Assembly (NCBI GenBank): GCA_977020255.1
Contig: CDROCS010002508.1
Span: forward strand, 620,001 to 684,000
Direction of reading: 5' to 3'
Source: Obrimoposthia wandeli
Taxonomy: Eukaryota
Length of the DNA: 64,000 bases
The translations under genes were made by a program, and so were the position numbers. Positions within the stretch are counted from its first letter, which is position 1, and every line of letters begins with the position of its first letter. The notes beneath the pieces are model-generated. The model did not search any database, was not told the DNA's origin, and was given only the letters and a program-made list of their open reading frames with translations. This document shows positions 59,800 to 64,000 of the stretch, piece by piece.

Positions 59800-62700
59800 C
59801 CATTTTCATCTGTTAATTGAAGCTTCTATGATGTGATTTATATGGTCCTTCATATCTCATATCTTGTTAATTTCTAACGTCAATTTTTACCAAAACATTA
59901 TCATATATTTCAAAATTTCTTAAATTGCCTTTCACTTTCATATGTTCTTTCCAATTCTCAAACTATCACTGCTGTCTGAGGATAAAAAATTATTTTTCTT
60001 CCAAAAAGCAATTTCAGCAGGACTGGTTAATTTACGATTGCATTGTATTGTTCAATGTATATTCAATATTCGGTAGCGCCTCTTCCCAATTTCTGTGAAG
60101 CTTATCTTCTAAACAACATACAATCCAGTCTCTAATTGTTCTAAATTGACGTTCTACATGACCATTGTTTTGATGATGATATGGACTTGAATAATTGATT
60201 GTAAAATTACATTTCTTCGCCAGGTCTAACAATAATTTGGATTCAAAACACTTTCTTATATCCACGTTAATTTTCTTTAGAGCATCAAACTTCAATATTC
60301 ATTTATTTACTAATATATTTATAACAGTATTTTCATCTTGATTTTGAACTGACTCTAATACAATATATTTAGAAAATTGATCTATTGTTGGGGTTTCTAT
60401 TTGAAAGTCTTATTCAAGTAGATTCTCTTCTGGAGGGCCCCAGCGTGAGTTCTGTTGCAATAGGGCTTACAGCTGGATGTGGCCTATTTAGGTTTTGTCT
60501 TACTTAACTTAGTCTCAAGTCTGAAGGCTTTTGTGTTAATGTAGTGCGAGTTGTGTGCAGAAGATACTAAAATGGTTCCCTTATTGTGGTGTGTGGAGGG
60601 ATTTGTGTTTTTCTATTCCTATGTGATTGTTAACCGAAATAACTCTAATCGATCTGTAGAAAAATTCTATATTACTTTACTAACTAAAACGGATTTAACA
60701 AGTTGACAAGTAGGTTATAAATAGAGATGACCCTCTATTAATTTTACGTTCTTTAACCAAATTTACTTAGTTAATTTAAATTGTTCTTTAGTTCCAACTT
60801 TGGTTTCTTCAATATAGGTTCTAAAACTTTTATTTATTTTGAATTAACTTCACCTAATTTACCAGTTCGAATTCCTTCGCCATATCGATTCTAAAAATTA
60901 TGATCTACAACTTTTTATAACAGGTCACTTTACAATAACCCTTTTACGATAAACTTTGTAATTATACAAACTGTTATACAAACTTTAGGATAATTTCTTA
61001 ATTACACAAATTATCTCAACTTTTAAGATAAATTGACAATTATTTCAACTTTTAAGATAATTCACAATTATTTCAACTGTTATATAATTCACAATTCTTT
61101 CAACTTTTAAGATAGTTCACAATTATTCCAACTTTAAGATAAATTCACAATTTAACTTTCTCTAAGTTATCTAGATACAAAATTCTCACCAAGATGCGTG
61201 TTTGTTTGTCCAGAAAGTGCTTTACGATTATATATGTATGTGCTAGTCCAGAAGATGCTCTACGATTATATCTGTCTCTGCTTGTCCAGAAAGTGCTTTA
61301 CGATTATATCTGTCTCTGCTGATCCGATTGTGATTCAATTGTATTAGATCAATAATTTCTACTAAATCTCAACTCTAGTTTCCGTCTTTTATAAGAAATT
61401 TTACCTACAATAGGATAGATTTCTTTTTACTTCTTGGCCTCCATAAGTGGCCGCTGCAATTGAATGATTTCCCCCTTTGCTGGTTTGAAATTGAACAAAT
61501 TCAAGCTCCCAAGGTCGCGAAAGTCACTGTTCAGGCCACAATCCCGAAGGCACTTAACTCAACGACTCCACTTACCCAATTTAAGTGCTCCTGCCCTACT
61601 CCCAGCACGATCGGAGCCAACTGGAAATCGGCCGGCCCAGCTTCTAGCGCCTCACATCAAGTGCCTCCATCTCGCCCCTCAATGGAAAATAATAAATGGA
61701 CTGCACTTAACTTAACTGCACTTACCACTAGACGGCTGGCTGCTGGCATGTTTCCAGTTGCTGGCAGATAGCCAAGTTCCCAACGATGGTAAATTGATTT
61801 TGTTTTTTTGAAAGTCTTGATAATGGCAATTTTTGATATTTTCGTTTTATTTATTTTTGGGATTATCTTAACTGGCCCTTTTCTGCTTTCTAAAATTTCT
61901 TATATATCTCACAACACACATGACTTCTTAAGGTCCTTAAACTTATTTTAATCTTATTAAACTCAATTTTAAATTAAAAAAATAATTATTTTATTTAACC
62001 TTGCTTTCAGGGTTCTATTTTTCGAAATATATATAATTAATTAATTTTATGAATCCTAAACCTAACACTATTATAACCAAAATATATTTTTTTCATTGAC
62101 TGTAGTCTTGAATGGGCCACAAAAACCTATGTATAAACTTTTGTATGGCTCATTTGTAGATAATGTTTCAAGTTTTTCTATAGTATATCCTGTATAAGTA
62201 TTTATTATCTGACAAATCGTTCATGATTTAACTATACTTTTGGTCATATTTTCCAAATCATTCATATAAAAACTATTTTAATCTGACTTAATACTTTCTT
62301 TCTGCCAGCATGACATAAATCTTTGTGAAACTGTCCAACAAAAGCTGACCTCTCTTCTAAAGGGATGTAAATTTTCCCACTACGATAGATAATATCAGAA
62401 TTAATACTGAATTCACAGTTTTCATTATTGTCAATCTGATTTCTGATATAAAATATATCTTGAAAACTTTTGTAATTCGTAAATTTTTGATTGTTATGAT
62501 ATAACTAAAATTTTCGAAATCAACTTTTCTGTCTTTGGATCTATATGCGTAAAATTACATTGTTTACATGTGTCAATATTCATCCATGACAGAGCATCAA
62601 CATTTCTATGCAAGTCTCCTTTTCTATATTCTAACTTAATATCAAGACTACTCAAGAAGTTCATTCAATTTTGAAATTGTGATGTAATCGGCACTTTTGT

Positions 62701-64000
62701 TGTCATCATGAATGTAATTATGATTAATTATCCGTTCTCAGAATAAACTTTTTCCAATACAAATCATGTTTAAAGTGCTGAGTAACATGAAATACTGATA
62801 AAAGTTCCTATACAATAACCAATTTCTTGTTTACTCATACTCTTCGATCCATACGCAATGACTCTTTCATTGCCATTTTCATCTAACTGCGATAAAACTG
62901 CTCCAATTGTGACGAAACTGGCATCTGTATCTACGATAAATTATTCTTAAAATTAGGATGAGCTAAAATTGAAGATTTTAACATTTGCAGTTTCAAATTC
63001 TCAAAAGCATTTTTACATTGCTCGTTCCATATCAATGTTTTCTTTGTTGTGGTAGTCAAACTTTCTAAAAGCTTGGAGAATCGCGAATAATTTTTGATGA
63101 ATTTTTTATAATAATTCATAAAACCCAAAGTGCTTCGTAAGTGTTTTACACATGATGGTTTCTTGAATTAAACTAATGACTTTATTTTTTCCTGATCAGT
63201 TTTTATTCCTTCTTCATTTATAATGTGTCCAAGAAACTTCAAATCATCAATACAAAATTTACATTTTTCTGGATTAATCCTAAGTCCCTCTGCTCATCGT
63301 CCAAATAATTTTCACAATCTTATTTTATGTTCTTCTATAGAATTAGTAAATATTAAAATAGCATCTAAATATACTAAAGCTTCAGTCCAAATTATATTTT
63401 TAAGATAATTGTCATAAATTTTTGAAATGTTGAAGGAGCTGCTGTAATTTTGAAAGGCATTCTATTGAAGCATGTGTCCAAACTTCTTAGATAAAACTGT
63501 TTTCTGTTTACTTTCTTCATCTAATTCAACTTGATAATAAGCACTTTCTAAGTCTATTGATGAAAAGTATTTTGGGCCATAATGTGCATCAAGCATTTCT
63601 TCAACATTAGGAATTGGGAAAACAGGTTTTACGGTATTTTTCTTCAATAATCTGAAATCTAAGCACATTCTAATATCTGTTGTTTTTTTCTTTTTTACGC
63701 ATACTATTGGTGAATTCCACAGTGATTCACATTTGGATATTTTTCCATTTTCATTAAGATTTTCAACTCTTTCCAGATTCTTCGTTTCATAGTGCATTGG
63801 TTGTCGACGAGGTTTGATATTTATTGGAGTACATTCAGTCAATATTCTATGTTTTAGTACCTCGGTTTTTCCTATATCCCATTTATTTTTCATAAATATA
63901 TTTCTAAATTCTTTACAAATTGGTACGACTTTCTTCATATTTACGGAACACGATTTCAAAAATGTTTTCCAACGATCATCTTGACTTACTGACAAACCAA
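59800..64000 (-). mobile_element. Second, decayed Ty3/Gypsy pol (RT-RH-IN), interrupted by a solo LTR and running off the right edge
   Basis: WNSPIVCVKKK, MCLDFR, FSSIDLESAYYQV, VYLDAIL (YLDD broken), DTDAS...IGAVLSQ, IDQFSKY, PYHHQNNGHVER, GPY. Confidence 0.88.
60386..62067. mobile_element. 1682-bp solo LTR inserted in the integrase
   Basis: TGTT...AACA ends and a 4-bp TSD CTAT (60382-60385, 62068-62071). Removing it restores LVIIDQFSKY. Internal repeats of about 28 bp (61000-61160) and about 40 bp (61190-61330). Confidence 0.85.

Noticed and set aside
60860-60885. TGGCGAAGGAATTCGAAC (minus strand) as a primer-binding site
   Set aside because: The spacing does not fit a tRNA 3' end, and it lies inside the TSD-bounded solo LTR.

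Overview
AT-rich, transposon-littered animal (metazoan) genomic DNA. The taxon cannot be fixed here; an 18S fragment looks flatworm-like, which is a weak inference. Two spliced host genes could be reconstructed. The first is kinesin-2 KIF17/OSM-3 on the - strand (six exons from 22843 to beyond the left edge, introns up to 12.4 kb). The second is a TM-type tRNase Z-like metallo-beta-lactamase on the + strand (four exons, 51005-59429), with an intronless type I membrane-protein ORF nested in its last intron. The centre is a 20.3-kb unit (24760-45051) with Polinton-like long TIRs (AGTAGG...CCTACT), a 6-bp TSD (CACAAT), terminal hairpins and satellite arrays, but no Polinton genes. It encloses a 5'-truncated Ty3/Gypsy element. 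That element encodes a chuvirus-like (gB-type) glycoprotein in frame with PR-RT, then RH-IN, an FN3-like membrane protein and a REX4/ISG20-like exonuclease. Its LTR carries an intact type I hammerhead ribozyme in ANTISENSE orientation. Two more divergent LTR-like segments (about 45205-46036 and 49304-50086) carry decayed copies of the same hammerhead with compensatory stem changes. The best candidate for an undescribed system is this family of envelope-bearing LTR retroelements with ribozyme-containing LTRs. Also present are decayed mariner, hAT/hATm, Chapaev3, Merlin, piggyBac, LINE, BEL/Pao (with a ubiquitin-like domain before Gag) and second Gypsy remnants, a 1.68-kb solo LTR with TSD, and an N gap. 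Family assignments come from motif recognition, not database searches.
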